In this document: positions 18,770-31,159 of the stretch, piece after piece | How positions within the stretch are numbered: position 1 is the stretch's first letter | Layout of the letters: each line of letters begins with the position of its first letter | IMG/VR virus record: IMGVR_UViG_2974770163_000001 | Location: 45,435 to 109,434 of that record | Origin: a virus | Lineage: Duplodnaviria > Caudoviricetes | Reading direction: 5' to 3' (one strand) | DNA length: 64,000 nucleotides | The notes under the pieces: generated by a model | Told to the model about the DNA's origin: nothing | The model's input: the letters and a program-made list of their open reading frames with translations, nothing else | Databases searched by the model: none | Program-made: the position numbers and the translations under genes

Positions 18770-20576
18770 TTTTCTCTCCCGTAGTATGAGTCGAATGTAT
18801 GTTGAAATGCTGTCTGGTCTACTCGAACTTTAAGAGTCCAGAACCATCTTGAGAAGAAAGTATGAACTCTGCTTTCAGGGTGCGGCATTCTGGATGTTTC
18901 TACTAACGTTACCGCCGGATAGATACCACGTAAGACTTCCACCAGCAAGTGAATATTTAAAACTCCATCATCGTTAATCTTAAAGATATTCTCTCCCTCT
19001 CGTAACTTTGGGCAGATATAACGTAATTCGTCTAGTGTTCTACGCAGTACATCACTATCTATATCGAATCTCATATTGCCCATCCTACTATTAACCAGAT
19101 TAAAAGAATAATGATAACGTATATCATTGAGGAGTTCAGTGTACTTGCATCTTTCTTAGCCTGACTATTTCTTATACACTTAGGAACTATTGGTACTCCA
19201 CCTAGTGTGTAGTATACTGGAGTATATTTATCCTCGAAAAGCAGATGCCAATTATGTCCATCAAACTCTTCTAAATTATCTGGAAACTCAGTTTGTAATT
19301 GGAAGTTTTCAACTATGAGACCTTTTGTCTTTACTCCTAAGATTAAAGCCTCACTTTCCTGTGCAATAAACCAAGTTTTGAGATTTGGCAACTCTGTTGC
19401 CTCAACAAAAAGCCTCATAAGTAAATCTCCTAGATTTTATTACCAAGAACGCTGTACTTAGTCTTGGCAATCATTATTGCATCAAATAGAGCTTTGTCCG
19501 CAGCAGCATTCATTTGTTCTATGTCCTTTAGTGTTGGACGTTTGTCTAATTGAATAACAATACGCTGAACAACAGATAGAGCACTATTAGTCTTTAGTAC
19601 TGTAGTTCCTGGGTTGATTGTATTAAACCCCGAATGGTGAATAAAACTAGCTACCAGTTCAGGGGAATCAAATTCCCTAGTTATGGTAAGATTCCTGAAG
19701 CGTACATCCTCCCTGAAATGATGGATGGGCTTATCTGCTAGACGAACAAAATAGAACGACATAAGATATTACTCCTGTTCTAAAATTTCCTGAAAATAAT
19801 CGTTAACTAGATCACGACGCTGTTCATCTGCTGCACGCATTTCTAAGTAAACGTCTTCAGACGTTTCACATTCTGTAATGCGGAACTGTAACAGGCGGCC
19901 TCCTTTGATTACTGCATCGGCACCTTGAAGTTCTGCCACTGCTACTGGGCTAATTGCTAATGCTGCTTCTTCTGCCCCTGCCCATGTGGTTGCTGTTTTA
20001 CATGCCATTACATCTTGTGGCAAGAATCCATTACGTGGGTCATTTAACCCAATGTTAACAACGCTGACCACAAATACTGTTTCTTTATCTTGCATCTAAC
20101 ACCTCTATGTTTATGTTGTCTAAGAAGTCTAAGACTTCATCGAAATCTAGCTTTGTTGCTAGGATTAAAGTTGAGTGGCTAATCTCTTTAACCACTCCAT
20201 CGAATTTTCTGAACCTGTTGCAGGTATCTGCTAAATCTGTAGTGTCTACAGTAAGTATTACATCTTCTGACATGCCAGCCACCGCTTGTACTTGTAGTCT
20301 AGAGTCTTAAACTGATGTTCCACGTCCCTAGATGTATAGTCTAGCTGTACCCTGGCAGGGCTTCTACCTTTTACCCATTCTAGGCTTAATCTATCATATG
20401 CTTCACCTGTCTGGTATACGAAAGTCCTACGAAGTCTTGTTTCTGCTGGTATGTGAATAGCAAAGATGCCTACGATAAATACTATTACAGCTAACAGTCC
20501 AACCAACCAGAAATCAGTGTAGATTGCTAAAAGTCCTAAGATGATCATTGGCACTAAGATAAACTTAAAGCCGTCT

Positions 20577-20999
20577 CTATTCTCTTTCTTTACAATTTCT
20601 GAGTATGTCACGGGTGTCTCCCTCCATCATTATAAGTTTAGGCTTAAAACCTACATAGTTGTATAGTTTTGCTGCCATAGACTCGCTATCTGCTTCTATT
20701 TGCACTCGACTAATCCCAAAGTCGTAGAATTGCTGTACAGCCGTTTCTATTAATTTAGAGGCAAAGCCATGTCCACGATACTCCGGTTTAATATACAGAG
20801 AAGTGATTACACCAATCATAGTATTATCAATGTCTACTGCTACTGATGTTCCAACAAAGCCAAAATATTGGTAGCAGCCACTATTATAGTCACTGTACGC
20901 ATGCGTTATCGTACCTAGATCAGAGTTAATACCAATTTCACTATCTAGTTCTTTTTTAAGTTCCGATATCGCTTCTTTGTTTACGTTAATAACTATCAA
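20577..20999 (-). CDS. GNAT acetyltransferase
   Basis: LYIKPEYRGHGFASKL (motif A) and A.KLY..VGF. Confidence 0.85.
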   Translation of the reverse strand: MIVINVNKEAISELKKELDSEIGINSDLGTITHAYSDYNSGCYQYFGFVGTSVAVDIDNTMIGVITSLYIKPEYRGHGFASKLIETAVQQFYDFGISRVQIEADSESMAAKLYNYVGFKPKLIMMEGDTRDILRNCKERE

Positions 21000-21524
21000 T
21001 GTATGGTCTCCGGTATGTCATCTATTTCTTTGAAACTAGTCATAACTGCTTCAGCACTTTTAGTTGATAAGGGTACAGACATTTCTATTTTAATATTTGC
21101 TCCCTCAATCTCTTTAGACTGGTGGAATGAAAAGGGCAGATTATCTTTAAATTGCTTCAATAGCCACATTGACGGTGTGACGCTTTCAAATGGCATCTTA
21201 ACTGATTCCACAAATAGATTATATACACCAGGTCTGCCCTCAAACTCTTTGATGTATATCTTATGTGGTATAAGAACTATTGAATCCATAAAATATACCC
21301 AATTAACCCAGTTGCCACAGCACAATAACTAATAAAGAAATCAACTGCCTTTTCCGCCTGTGGGTAGCCTAGCACACCAAACTTATCCCATATTGCAATT
21401 TCATATTTAGTGTGGGCAAACAGGCACACACAAAGGAACATTATGTATAATAACATTTTTACCTCTCTTATCAATTTATATAAATATTATATCAAATATT
21501 TAGGGTTTTGGCAAGTAATTTAAT

Positions 21525-21557
21525 AAAAAAGCCAAGTGGTTTCCCAGCTTGGCTTTT
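21525..21557. terminator. Bidirectional intrinsic terminator
   Basis: AAAAGCCAAG...CTTGGCTTTT. Confidence 0.8.
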
Positions 21558-21809
21558 AAAAGATTACGATCCGGTAATCAGTAAATAAATAAACTGGGAC
21601 ATTGGTATTGTAAACCCAAATGCCACAGCTATCCACGCTAGGGCAGATACAACTAAAACTGTAACAATAGTTTTACGAGAACGGATTGGGTAAATATACT
21701 TAATCAATGCTTCACGTACTGTCCTAGCCACTTCATATGCTGGATAAACCCCAAATAGGGCAACTATTAGAGTTTTGAGAACAAGCAATGTTATTGCTAA
21801 ACCTGTCAT

Positions 21810-22301
21810 TTATACCTCAATATCTAGTGTTTTGAATCTGTTATAGAATTGAATGCCTAGGTCAGTAATTCTATAACGATGAAAAATAGCGGGAACCTCA
21901 AAATCCCCTAGTTCGGTGTGTCGTATAGCTAGTTTCTTTGCGCAGTGAGGACATGAATGCCCATCCATATGTGTTGAAGCACGCTGCATAAAGAAGTCTT
22001 CATGGTCAGGGCACCAAATCTTGACTGGTAACGAACCTCTGACATACTCCACCTCTCTGTATCCATAAAATAATTCACCATGATATTTTATAGCCTGTAA
22101 TATAAAATATGCGTTTAAAGCGTCTTGCTGGTGCCACGGTTGTAATTGTTTAATTTTCCTGTGGTTTAGAGTTCCTGAGCGAGTCAGGAACTTATGCAAA
22201 GGAAAAGTTTTGGCATCTTCAAGAATCGCTATCTCGATGCTCGTCACTAATTCTTGAGTCATTATGAGCCATTCCAACTGGTGCAAACGAGTTTGCTGCA
22301 C
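21810..22301 (-). CDS. Zn-ribbon protein (CP.H...H..G..CP.C, DUF723-like)
   Basis: IWCPDHEDFFMQRASTHMDGHSCPHC; start uncertain. Confidence 0.6.
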   Translation of the reverse strand: MQQTRLHQLEWLIMTQELVTSIEIAILEDAKTFPLHKFLTRSGTLNHRKIKQLQPWHQQDALNAYFILQAIKYHGELFYGYREVEYVRGSLPVKIWCPDHEDFFMQRASTHMDGHSCPHCAKKLAIRHTELGDFEVPAIFHRYRITDLGIQFYNRFKTLDIEV

Positions 22302-24513
22302 GCTCAGGTCGTTGAGTTGCTATCCACCCTAGTGCTACTGGTCTAGGGATAACAAGACCTGTTTCTTCAAATACGCGCTGAATCCACTTGATTCCAGATT
22401 CATACTCGCCAAACACATAGTTAGCTTCTAGCCAATCTAGTGCGTCGGTATCAAAGATTTCCATTACACGGTACTTCACCAACTTAGAGCCACTAATGTC
22501 TAGTAGCACGTTAGCCCAAGTACCGAATGGTAAATCAGTTTCTGTCATTTCATTTAATAGCTGTACATTTAGGCGGTTATCCAATGAAATATACAACTGC
22601 ATAAATAAATCATTAAACTGACCAACACCATCTGGTGTAACTTCCCAATAAAGTTTAGAGATTGTATCTCTCATTAAATGTGTCTCCACTTAAACGACTT
22701 AGCTGGTAGTACTAAGACTTCTGCTGGGGCATTATGGATATTTGTTACGTCTTCTAGTGTTACTGTTTCTGGCGAGTAAGACCCACTTAGCTCTTTACGA
22801 ATTACCACACGTGTCCTTATTTCCCCTTCAACCGCTATGATAAACGGGGTAAACATTGGAGTAAGGATCTTACCTGAATTCCACGCCTCTTTTATAGAGG
22901 TCTGTAATCTGCGATAAATTGAGTCAACTGCTTCAGAGTCAACGTCAATAAACTCCAGCACAGATGCTAAAGTTGTTGCTTCATCATAAGTTAGATAAAA
23001 TTCCATTACTAGTACCCCACATCTATCTCGTTATCAACAATACGCTTAATATCCGCAATTGCCTTAACTTTCTGTGTTCTGTGGATATTCATATCTGCTA
23101 CTAAGTTGGTAATTTCTCTACCTAGTGAGCCAATTTTATTATCAGCACTAGAACGAATATTGTCAATTTGATTCTTAAACTCAGATTGCATTGCCTCTAG
23201 ACGAGCGTCTGCCTGTTCCATAGCCTCCTTTGCTATTTTCTGATAGTCTTGATACAAGGATTCTGCCACACGTTTGTCCTTTCTAGCTTTCATAGTATTA
23301 TATGATGCGTATATTGACCACACTAAACATACTAGACCAAAGATCCAAGCCCCTACCGCTACTGTAAAAGGAGTCATTATTTCTCCTTAGTCAGAGACTT
23401 AACTTTTTGCGTAAAGCGATCAATACGCTCACCAGCAAATTCGAAGCTAAACTTCCAATTCAGTTCAAACCAAGAAGAATTACCATCTTTCTTACGAGCT
23501 AAATTAGCCTTACTTCCTAGTACTAAGGTTATTGCAATAATCCATAGTAAAAATGCCATATTAATGTTTCTCCTTATTTAGATCTGCTAAGTATAGGTCA
23601 ATCACTTTTTCTGCTGATTCTAGTGCTCGATCAGCTTCTGTTTTATAGTCTGTAAATAAAATAGTAAGCTCAATATAGTTATGTTTTAGCTTTAGATATT
23701 TACAATACAGAGATAGTGCTACTATAGTACTTAGTATGGTAATAGCACTCAGTAGAATATAGAATATTGTCATTCTACTTCTTCTCTTTCAATTTGTTTT
23801 CAGCTTTACGCAGATCACGAGATAGTGCACGATTTCGTGCTTCTTCAACTTTTAGTAGTTCATACTGATTACGTTCTGCCTTACGAGCTTTATCACACTG
23901 CATAGCCATATTGCTAAGTGAACCATATAATGCGTTTAGAGCTTCGATGCTCATTTTATCAAACTGCTTACCTAAATGATCATCCAAACCTGTTAAAATT
24001 AACAGAGTGTTTACCATTTGTGCTTTGGTTAAGTTCAGTTCTTGCATGTGGTTAGGTACTGTAGCCATAATTTATTTTCCTTTCTTCTCATCAATTTATA
24101 AATATATTATACAGAAAAATTGGCATTTTAGCAAATGAATTTTTAAGATAAAATCATTATATCTTCTAAAGCCAGAACCATCTTCTTAAAGCGCTGCATC
24201 TGTGTATCCCATGCAGGGTTCGGGTAGGAGAATTCACCTAAGTCTAGCTTAGCCATACTTTCACGAAGTGGCATTGCTGTTGCTCGCACACGTATGAGAT
24301 TGTCAGTATCGATAAATACTTCTACATTGAAGTGCCCCGGCTTAGTAGGATTAGTAGCTAAAGAATACCAATCCTTGCATGCGGAGTGAGCATATACATC
24401 CATATCATATTCTTCGCAGATTTCTTCTACAGCCCACTTAAGCTTAACTAATGCAAGCACTTCCGGTGAAGACTCCTCTAGAAGTGCTTTTAGTTTTTCT
24501 TTATTATCCATGA

Positions 24514-25317
24514 TTACTCCAAAATAGTTTGACTAACTTCATGACAGTGTGTATCTTTATCCAGCTTAACAACTAATAACTCGTTCAGAGATGGTAAAGC
24601 TACAGCATACGTACCATAGAATACACCACCAAGATCTAGATAGACCCTGTTCCCTGACACGAGTGGATTGTCAATTACGGTGTGCCCATGGAATACCATA
24701 TCTATATTTTTAACTGGGTCGAAGATTCTGCCATGAATAACATCAGTTACTAAGTCACGATCCCAAACAAATGCTTCTAATGCTTGAGTGCCGAATGTGT
24801 GTAGAGCTTTTTCTACAAAGTTCCAGTCGTTATCAATAAATGTACCAACACCACCGTGAACTGGGATACCTGCATGAACGATACCAAACTTCTTACCGCG
24901 ATGCAGAACTGTCATTACCACTGGATGTTTAATCATTTTCATGAAAAAATCATGGTCAGTCTTATAACGTCCACCCTCTTGGTAGATGATATTCTGTTCC
25001 ATAGCCCATGAACCACCATTCATAACCCATAGGTTATATGCACTGGTAATAGGGAACAAGTCGTGATTTCCTAATACTGTGAACCAATTTGTTTCTTCGT
25101 TGAATGCATCTACTACTTCTAAGTTTTGGTGTCCACGATCTATAAGATCCCCACAACATACAAGGTAATCCGTGCCAAAACGAAAACCTACTGAGTCTAA
25201 TACTTCGTAGAGGTCATCTAATTTACCATGAATATCACCAATGACAAAAAGTTCTGATTCATCTGGAACTCTTAATGTCATGTGCATTTTAATACTTTCA
25301 AAATTGTCTAAAATCAT
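24514..25317 (-). CDS. Ser/Thr protein phosphatase (lambda PP/PrpA-like)
   Basis: GDIHG, GDLIDRG, GNHD, HAG, WDR, HGHT motifs. Confidence 0.9.
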   Translation of the reverse strand: MILDNFESIKMHMTLRVPDESELFVIGDIHGKLDDLYEVLDSVGFRFGTDYLVCCGDLIDRGHQNLEVVDAFNEETNWFTVLGNHDLFPITSAYNLWVMNGGSWAMEQNIIYQEGGRYKTDHDFFMKMIKHPVVMTVLHRGKKFGIVHAGIPVHGGVGTFIDNDWNFVEKALHTFGTQALEAFVWDRDLVTDVIHGRIFDPVKNIDMVFHGHTVIDNPLVSGNRVYLDLGGVFYGTYAVALPSLNELLVVKLDKDTHCHEVSQTILE

Positions 25318-25348
25318 AATAACCTCTAGGCGTAAAAAGCCAGCCCGA

Positions 25349-25897
25349 TTAAAGGCTGATTAATGGGTGGTGAGAAAAAAGCGTACCATCCTGTTTATTA
25401 ACATGTTTTCTAACAATATCTAGATTTACTGGTCTACCGACATTATCTACAGACACATTGATATATCTAGGGTCTTGAATAGTTTGATCATGAACATGCC
25501 CGTGAATATTAACTTTATGCCATAACTCATCTGGATGAATTGGTGCATGGCTAGCCCACATTTTGTATGAGCGTAATTTCATTAGACCTGAGCCAAAGTC
25601 TGATACTTTCGGGTGGTTAGCCACCTCTCTAAAGTACGATTTTCCTCGTTCAAAGTCATGATTACCGCCCATGTATATGACATTAGTGCTATCTGGGATA
25701 GCCGACATTAGTCTTTCAAAGCTTTCTAGATTAAACGCGTTATCTCCTAATAGGTAGATTTTATCACGTTTACGTATAGTCTCTGAAAGAGTGGTCAAGA
25801 TATACTCATCATGCTCTGCTACTGTAGTAAACATTGGTCTATACTTTAGGATGTTTCTATGACCTAAGTGGGTATCTGACCATGCGAATACTGCCAT
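25349..25897 (-). CDS. Calcineurin-like metallophosphoesterase
   Basis: SDTHLGH, LGD, GNHD, HAP, HGHVH, NVSVD. Confidence 0.88.
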   Translation of the reverse strand: MAVFAWSDTHLGHRNILKYRPMFTTVAEHDEYILTTLSETIRKRDKIYLLGDNAFNLESFERLMSAIPDSTNVIYMGGNHDFERGKSYFREVANHPKVSDFGSGLMKLRSYKMWASHAPIHPDELWHKVNIHGHVHDQTIQDPRYINVSVDNVGRPVNLDIVRKHVNKQDGTLFSHHPLISL

Positions 25898-26054
25898 CTT
25901 TACTCTCCTAAGTCTCTCAATTCCAATTCATCGTATACTTGCAGTACAGCAGCTTCGGTTGGCTCATTCAACCCCCAGTCACCTGTAGTACCATCTAGGT
26001 AGCCCATCTCGTAAAAATACTCAATAAGTCGTAATACTTGCTGAATATTCATAT

Positions 26055-26489
26055 TTATTCTCCTGCTCTAATTTTCATTAAGCCTTCGATTAATAATTTC
26101 ATATTAGCAACCGTTAGCTGTTCAATTCCGTCCTCTTTAACACCAATCATTTCAACTAAAGTCTCTATGTATGGTCGTTTTAGTCTACCCTCCGGACAAT
26201 CCATAGCGCATATCTTTTTTGTTTTAATTGCTTCTATGATACATTCCAGTGCTTCTAAGTTTGCTTTTGATACGTCTAGATCTACGCCCAGATCGTTAGC
26301 AATTTGTTTTGATATATCTTTCTTTGTCACTCGTTTTTTAGTCGAAGTTGCTGAGTATGAGTTAAGAGCCAATTTATCCAACTTAGCTTCAAGTTGTGCT
26401 CTACCCTCGTCTGTACGCATTTTTTGTTTCAGCTCACCCTCTGTCATATTAAAGGATTTAGCCATTTGAGAATAGTAGCGATCTGACAT
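26055..26489 (-). CDS. Conserved T5-like hypothetical protein
   Basis: MSDRYY..., PEGRLK.PY; own promoter at 26525-26554. Confidence 0.8.
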   Translation of the reverse strand: MSDRYYSQMAKSFNMTEGELKQKMRTDEGRAQLEAKLDKLALNSYSATSTKKRVTKKDISKQIANDLGVDLDVSKANLEALECIIEAIKTKKICAMDCPEGRLKRPYIETLVEMIGVKEDGIEQLTVANMKLLIEGLMKIRAGE

Positions 26490-26567
26490 AATAAAAAAAC
26501 CCCTCATTTCCGATTTATGATATTATTATATCAAAGAAATGAGGGGTTTGGCAAGTGATTTTATAAA

Positions 26568-26993
26568 TTATTCACTATCTAGAAGTTCAATATGTGGGGC
26601 GTCTAGGAACTTCGCAGGTTTATCGTTAGGATTAGAAGTCCAGGTATACCCAAATTTAATTCCAATCCCAAGTTCTGCTGCTACATTCATGATATGAGTT
26701 AGAATAGGTAACCACAATTCAGGGCGTTTACCCCAGTCCTGAGGTAGCTTAGTAGGGTAGATATCAACTGCACGTGCGTACCCATCTTTCTTACTAGCTA
26801 AGTGTTTAGACCCATCTATAGTCCTAGAAACACCTTTACGGTAATTCTCTAATTGTTGCTCTCTAGAACGTAAGCCTTCCTGGATACGGAAGTCACGTGG
26901 CGAGTCAACAATTGATGCTTCCATTAGTTTAACTAATTTAGGGTTTACACCCTCCAGCATCTTCTTACTCTGTGTCCCAAAATAGAATGCCAT
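26568..26993 (-). CDS. lys: Endolysin, L-Ala-D-Glu peptidase (M15)
   Basis: EGLRS.EQQ, SKH, AVD, DAPHIEL. Confidence 0.92.
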   Translation of the reverse strand: MAFYFGTQSKKMLEGVNPKLVKLMEASIVDSPRDFRIQEGLRSREQQLENYRKGVSRTIDGSKHLASKKDGYARAVDIYPTKLPQDWGKRPELWLPILTHIMNVAAELGIGIKFGYTWTSNPNDKPAKFLDAPHIELLDSE

Positions 26994-27661
26994 TATATAG
27001 ATCTCCCTAAGTACCTAGATGCAGAGTTACATATCTTTCCTAGGTATTCTTCATAATTAAGAAGTGACTGCGTATCCTCGATTTTCACTGGTAGTTCGTT
27101 CCATGCAATACCAATGTAACCAGAGTATATATTGTTTAAGTTGAAGAACGGGCAAGTATATACAAAATCAAAGTTTTGATTCCTGAATGTAGGAATGTTT
27201 CTCCCTTTGAAGTATTCACTTTCCATGTCCCACCTGACCGCTAAATTCTCTCCGGCTAATTGTGTGGAATAAAGTTCAGAAGACTTATCCACCGGTTTTG
27301 GCTCATAATCTATTTTTTCTAGTGGCATTTTTCCTTCCCAAACAAGTACACGTTGGTAGTCGTTAACTGCTTCTGGTTCATACTTCATAACGAATACCGC
27401 GTCTGCTTGAGTCTGTAGAAATAGAGCCATTGCCTTCTCTCTTGCTACAGCTGGAAACCTATCTTCTCTCTGCACTTGTATCTCTCTAAGTACAGAGGTG
27501 GTAGACAATGATTGTCCCCACTGTATCAAAGCTGGAAAATGCATAACTAATAAATATAGACAAACTGCAATAAACACTGATACTACGTTTGCCAATAATG
27601 CGCCAGGGCTTTTGCCGAAGTTAGCGAAGATTACTCCTAAAAGTTTTAAAAAGTTTTCCAC
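26993..27661 (-). CDS. hol: Holin (T4 T / T5 type)
   Basis: One N-terminal TM, periplasmic domain with YTCPFFNLNNIYSGYI, coupled to endolysin. Confidence 0.9.
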   Translation of the reverse strand: MENFLKLLGVIFANFGKSPGALLANVVSVFIAVCLYLLVMHFPALIQWGQSLSTTSVLREIQVQREDRFPAVAREKAMALFLQTQADAVFVMKYEPEAVNDYQRVLVWEGKMPLEKIDYEPKPVDKSSELYSTQLAGENLAVRWDMESEYFKGRNIPTFRNQNFDFVYTCPFFNLNNIYSGYIGIAWNELPVKIEDTQSLLNYEEYLGKICNSASRYLGRSI

Positions 27662-27780
27662 ACGAATATCCTCCTAGCTAATAACTATTATACTACACCT
27701 CCGTGTATTTTGCAAGAAGTATTTGAAATTCGAGTAGGCATAGGTTGAATAAAATGTCAAGTAAAGAATTCAAAACAAGA

Positions 27781-27811
27781 AAAAGCCCATCAGCAAAAAC
27801 TGATGGGCTTT
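27781..27811 (-). terminator. Intrinsic terminator
   Basis: AAAGCCCATCAG/CTGATGGGCTTT. Confidence 0.85.
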
Positions 27812-27818
27812 AATTACA

Positions 27819-28523
27819 TTAGGCAGGTGTGAAAGTAAATTTAATGTCCCCTGCACCCTGGTCAACATTAACTGATGCACCAGGATTTCGCTCGGCTATT
27901 GCAGCCTCGATAGCCGCTTTTTGAGCATCCAGGATTTCTAACTCCATCTGCTTCTCAGCCAACATACGCTGTTCGTGCAGAGCACCTAAGCGGTTAGTTA
28001 AATCTTCACCTTGGAACCACAAATCTTTACCATGCTCGATCATATCGTACAACTCCTCTTCTGTACAGAAGTGGGTAGCAAGGTCACGTAGGAACGTATT
28101 GATTTGGACAGTGTCTGCTTCAACACTTTGACGAATCTCTGGAGCCTTACCAAATACACCACCACGGTATGTGTGTAACATAACGCGAGAAGTCGGATAA
28201 GTATACCAAGAATCACATGCTAAAGCAATCATACCTTGAGCGGATAGGGCATCACCTAAGATATGTGCTTCTACCAGAGCATCGCAAGACTGAATCAGGT
28301 TACACAGCTGAACTGCTGTTGTTAAGTAGCCACCAGGTCCGTTGATCATCAGGCGGATAGTATCCTGTTCTGGTGCTGTCATGAGCAAGAGTGATAGATC
28401 ACGGTACTGTGAGGCTTCCTCAATATTCGTATCCAAGAAATATGTGTGTACATTACCTAAAGATGCAGGCTGTGTCAACATGTGAGTTGATGCAGGTAAT
28501 TGATCTAATTTTTCTTCGCTCAT
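27819..28523 (-). CDS. clpP: ClpP-like protease
   Basis: INGPGG, ALSA (Ser nucleophile), MLH, DLWF. Confidence 0.85.
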   Translation of the reverse strand: MSEEKLDQLPASTHMLTQPASLGNVHTYFLDTNIEEASQYRDLSLLLMTAPEQDTIRLMINGPGGYLTTAVQLCNLIQSCDALVEAHILGDALSAQGMIALACDSWYTYPTSRVMLHTYRGGVFGKAPEIRQSVEADTVQINTFLRDLATHFCTEEELYDMIEHGKDLWFQGEDLTNRLGALHEQRMLAEKQMELEILDAQKAAIEAAIAERNPGASVNVDQGAGDIKFTFTPA

Positions 28524-28534
28524 AAAATCCCCTA

Positions 28535-29239
28535 TTAAGAACCATACATAGCTTCACGAATTAGCTCCGTGAAAGTTTCATCGTAATTATTTGTGATAGA
28601 AAAGTCTACCTCAAAAGTGTGTGACGCAGATGGGTGGGTACTCTGGATAGCATAATCATCCTTAGTGGCAACTATACCCCAACGTGTTCCACCAGCTTCT
28701 TTTACCCAATCATGTTCATTAGGGAATCGTACATCTGTAATAATAACGCCTTTTTCTGACTTAGCATACTTAGCAGCTACTAAGTCTAGCCAAATGCCCT
28801 CTGAAAACCTTACTCTCCCTAATTCCGTTCCTAGATGTTCCAATATTTTACGTGGTGATATACGGTAAGCTGCTACCATATCATCACGTTCATTTAGGGC
28901 TATTGGTGCACGATATTGAGCTAAGTCAAACGTTAACCATTCAACTAACTCAGTTCTGGCATCTATATAGTCTAGATCTAGCATTTTAAGGATGTTTTCT
29001 GTATACTCAACTGCTTTGATAAGGTTTTCGTTATCCACTTGGAGAAAGAAAAACTTCTCTTTAGTAGGGCGATTGCCAAGTTCTTCTGCTGTCACGCCAA
29101 ATATTAGTCCAGCTAAGGTATATACTGGTTCTGCAAACGAGACGATTTCCACGTCTAATTGCTGAGCTACAAAATGAGCAGCAAAGTCTTTACCAGACCC
29201 TGCTGCCCCACTCAGACCTATTAAAGTCTTACTTGTCAT
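28535..29239 (-). CDS. dnk: Deoxynucleoside monophosphate kinase
   Basis: GAAGSGKD, SFA.P, SPR.ILE.LGTE, ITDVRFPNE. Confidence 0.92.
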   Translation of the reverse strand: MTSKTLIGLSGAAGSGKDFAAHFVAQQLDVEIVSFAEPVYTLAGLIFGVTAEELGNRPTKEKFFFLQVDNENLIKAVEYTENILKMLDLDYIDARTELVEWLTFDLAQYRAPIALNERDDMVAAYRISPRKILEHLGTELGRVRFSEGIWLDLVAAKYAKSEKGVIITDVRFPNEHDWVKEAGGTRWGIVATKDDYAIQSTHPSASHTFEVDFSITNNYDETFTELIREAMYGS

Positions 29240-29555
29240 TTAGTTTAGAACACCTTGTTTCGTCATATTGATAATAGCAAACCATTGCCATAAGGTCTCG
29301 AACAAATCGTTCCTTAGAAACTTGACCTTTGGAATAGTTCAGATAGTCTTTCAATGTAACCATAGCCCAGACTTCCCCATTGATGTTCTCAAATTTAAAG
29401 CTAGGCATAGTATAAGGTTGTACTGGTGCAGGCCACGGTATAGGTGGCTTCTGTACTTCTACTACAGGGTTAGGCAACGGTTCAGACAGCTTAGAAGTAC
29501 ACCCTACTATTGTGCTGGAGAGGATGAGCAATAATCCGTATTTCCAGTTAGACAT
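29229..29555 (-). CDS. o-spanin (Rz1-like lipoprotein)
   Basis: Lipobox IVGC, Pro-rich, overlaps the i-spanin 3' end. Confidence 0.8.
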   Translation of the reverse strand: MSNWKYGLLLILSSTIVGCTSKLSEPLPNPVVEVQKPPIPWPAPVQPYTMPSFKFENINGEVWAMVTLKDYLNYSKGQVSKERFVRDLMAMVCYYQYDETRCSKLNDK

Positions 29556-29959
29556 GAGAAGTTCTCCTCGTTTTCCTTGATAGCTTTTTTAGCTTTAAGG
29601 GTTGTTAACCCAGGCTTAGCTTCAAATGTACTTGCACGTGAAGCTGCTTTCTCTAGAGCTGCTATTCTAGCCTCAGATATGTTAAGATTTCTATTGATAG
29701 TAGAATAATGAGCATCTAACCTCTTATTGTTCTCTTCCATCTGTAACCTAAGATTATTCATGCTCTTTCGTATATCATTGTACGAGGCTGCATATATGTC
29801 ATTAGTGTTAGAGATGATTTCAATAGTCTTTTCTTGGGTATAGATCATCCTGATCCCTGACAAAATCAATAGTATTAATATTAAAATTGTCGCCCAATTA
29901 GCCGAAATAATACTGAAAAACCCCGCAGTTTTCGACAGTTGTTTAACTCCTTGTTCCAT
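29507..29959 (-). CDS. i-spanin (Rz-like)
   Basis: N-terminal TM, coiled coil, AKPGL and C-terminal Cys pair. Confidence 0.8.
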   Translation of the reverse strand: MEQGVKQLSKTAGFFSIISANWATILILILLILSGIRMIYTQEKTIEIISNTNDIYAASYNDIRKSMNNLRLQMEENNKRLDAHYSTINRNLNISEARIAALEKAASRASTFEAKPGLTTLKAKKAIKENEENFSCLTGNTDYCSSSPAQ

Positions 29960-30977
29960 TTAGTAGTTTACCTCGATTTTGAAGAAATGTTTCAATTTCT
30001 TGATGCATCCTATATGGATTGCTTTCAATTTTAGAGATACCCTGTACTATCATAGTGGAAGGATTTACAAGTACTAATGACCCCCCTCTATCAGCCGGTA
30101 CTGCTAGCAAAAGAGGCTCATCTTCTTTTTTCTTAAATACACTCATTGTGTCTATACCTACTACGGGTATTACCAGTTCCCCGCTTATAGCGTATACTTT
30201 GCCGACATAGTATATAAGGGCGTCTAGAGTCTCTGGTATTTTGTAATCATCAAAGTACGTTGATTGTCTACGTTCCCAAACAAACTCTTTATCCATTGAG
30301 TGTTGTAAATCATAAGAGTCTATGTAACTAGACTTAATTTCCATTGTTTAAGCTCCTAACTATATCTCTCGCTATGGTGTCTGCCCAGACTCCAAAGGGT
30401 GATAGTAGGGCGGACACTATTACAAATGTTAGTGGTATGGGTAGTAAGTGGGACTTACTTTTAACACCTAATCTGCGTAAGTGCGGGTTAACTGAGATTG
30501 ATTTCATATTCCTTATAGCAGTGAAAGCTAGGTAAAACCCAGTTACACACCATAGTAAAATAATTATTAGTAATAACATTATTCCTCCTACTATCTTGAC
30601 TAGTATAACACACTTAGTCATAGATTGCAAGCTAATATTTAAAAATCTTCTAGGCTACTGGCTAGGTCATTCCAAAAGTCGGTTTTAAGTTTTTTCTTAC
30701 GTGCTTCTAGCTCTTTCTCTTGGGAGAACATTTTAATCGACATATTAACGCTATCAGGATCTAGAATCTTATATTTAATTCCCATATCTAAGTCGTCCAT
30801 TAACCCTTTAACACGCGACACTCCACATTTAGCTAGTTTACCCTTTGCCCCTACTGGTACTAGTATTTCATCCCCACGTTTTAATGGAAGTTTTGATGGG
30901 TCATACAGGTACGCGTACTCTTTACCTAGTGAGCCAGGCTGATATCTGACATGAACAACATAAAGATCTGCTTTCAT
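29943..30977 (-). other. Three hypothetical ORFs (29943-30344, 30334-~30580, 30639-30977)
   Basis: Packed minus-strand ORFs with RBS. Confidence 0.7.
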
Positions 30978-31159
30978 TATAAAATCCTCAATATCTATTT
31001 AATATAAACATTATATCAAAATTGAATCAATTATGCAAGTGAATTTTCAATTAAATAACTTAATCCTGCGCCCTGGCGGCTATTCAATATCCTAGCTCAA
31101 ATTGTTACATGCGTATATACAAAAATACCCAGAGCACTTTCGTACACTGGGTATGGTTA

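Larger units (their letters stand above)
17138..24511 (-). other. Block of ~25 short, tightly packed early hypothetical ORFs, many with TM segments
   Basis: Contiguous minus-strand ORFs with overlapping starts/stops and RBSs; promoters at 21486-21514 and 24106-24134. Confidence 0.8.
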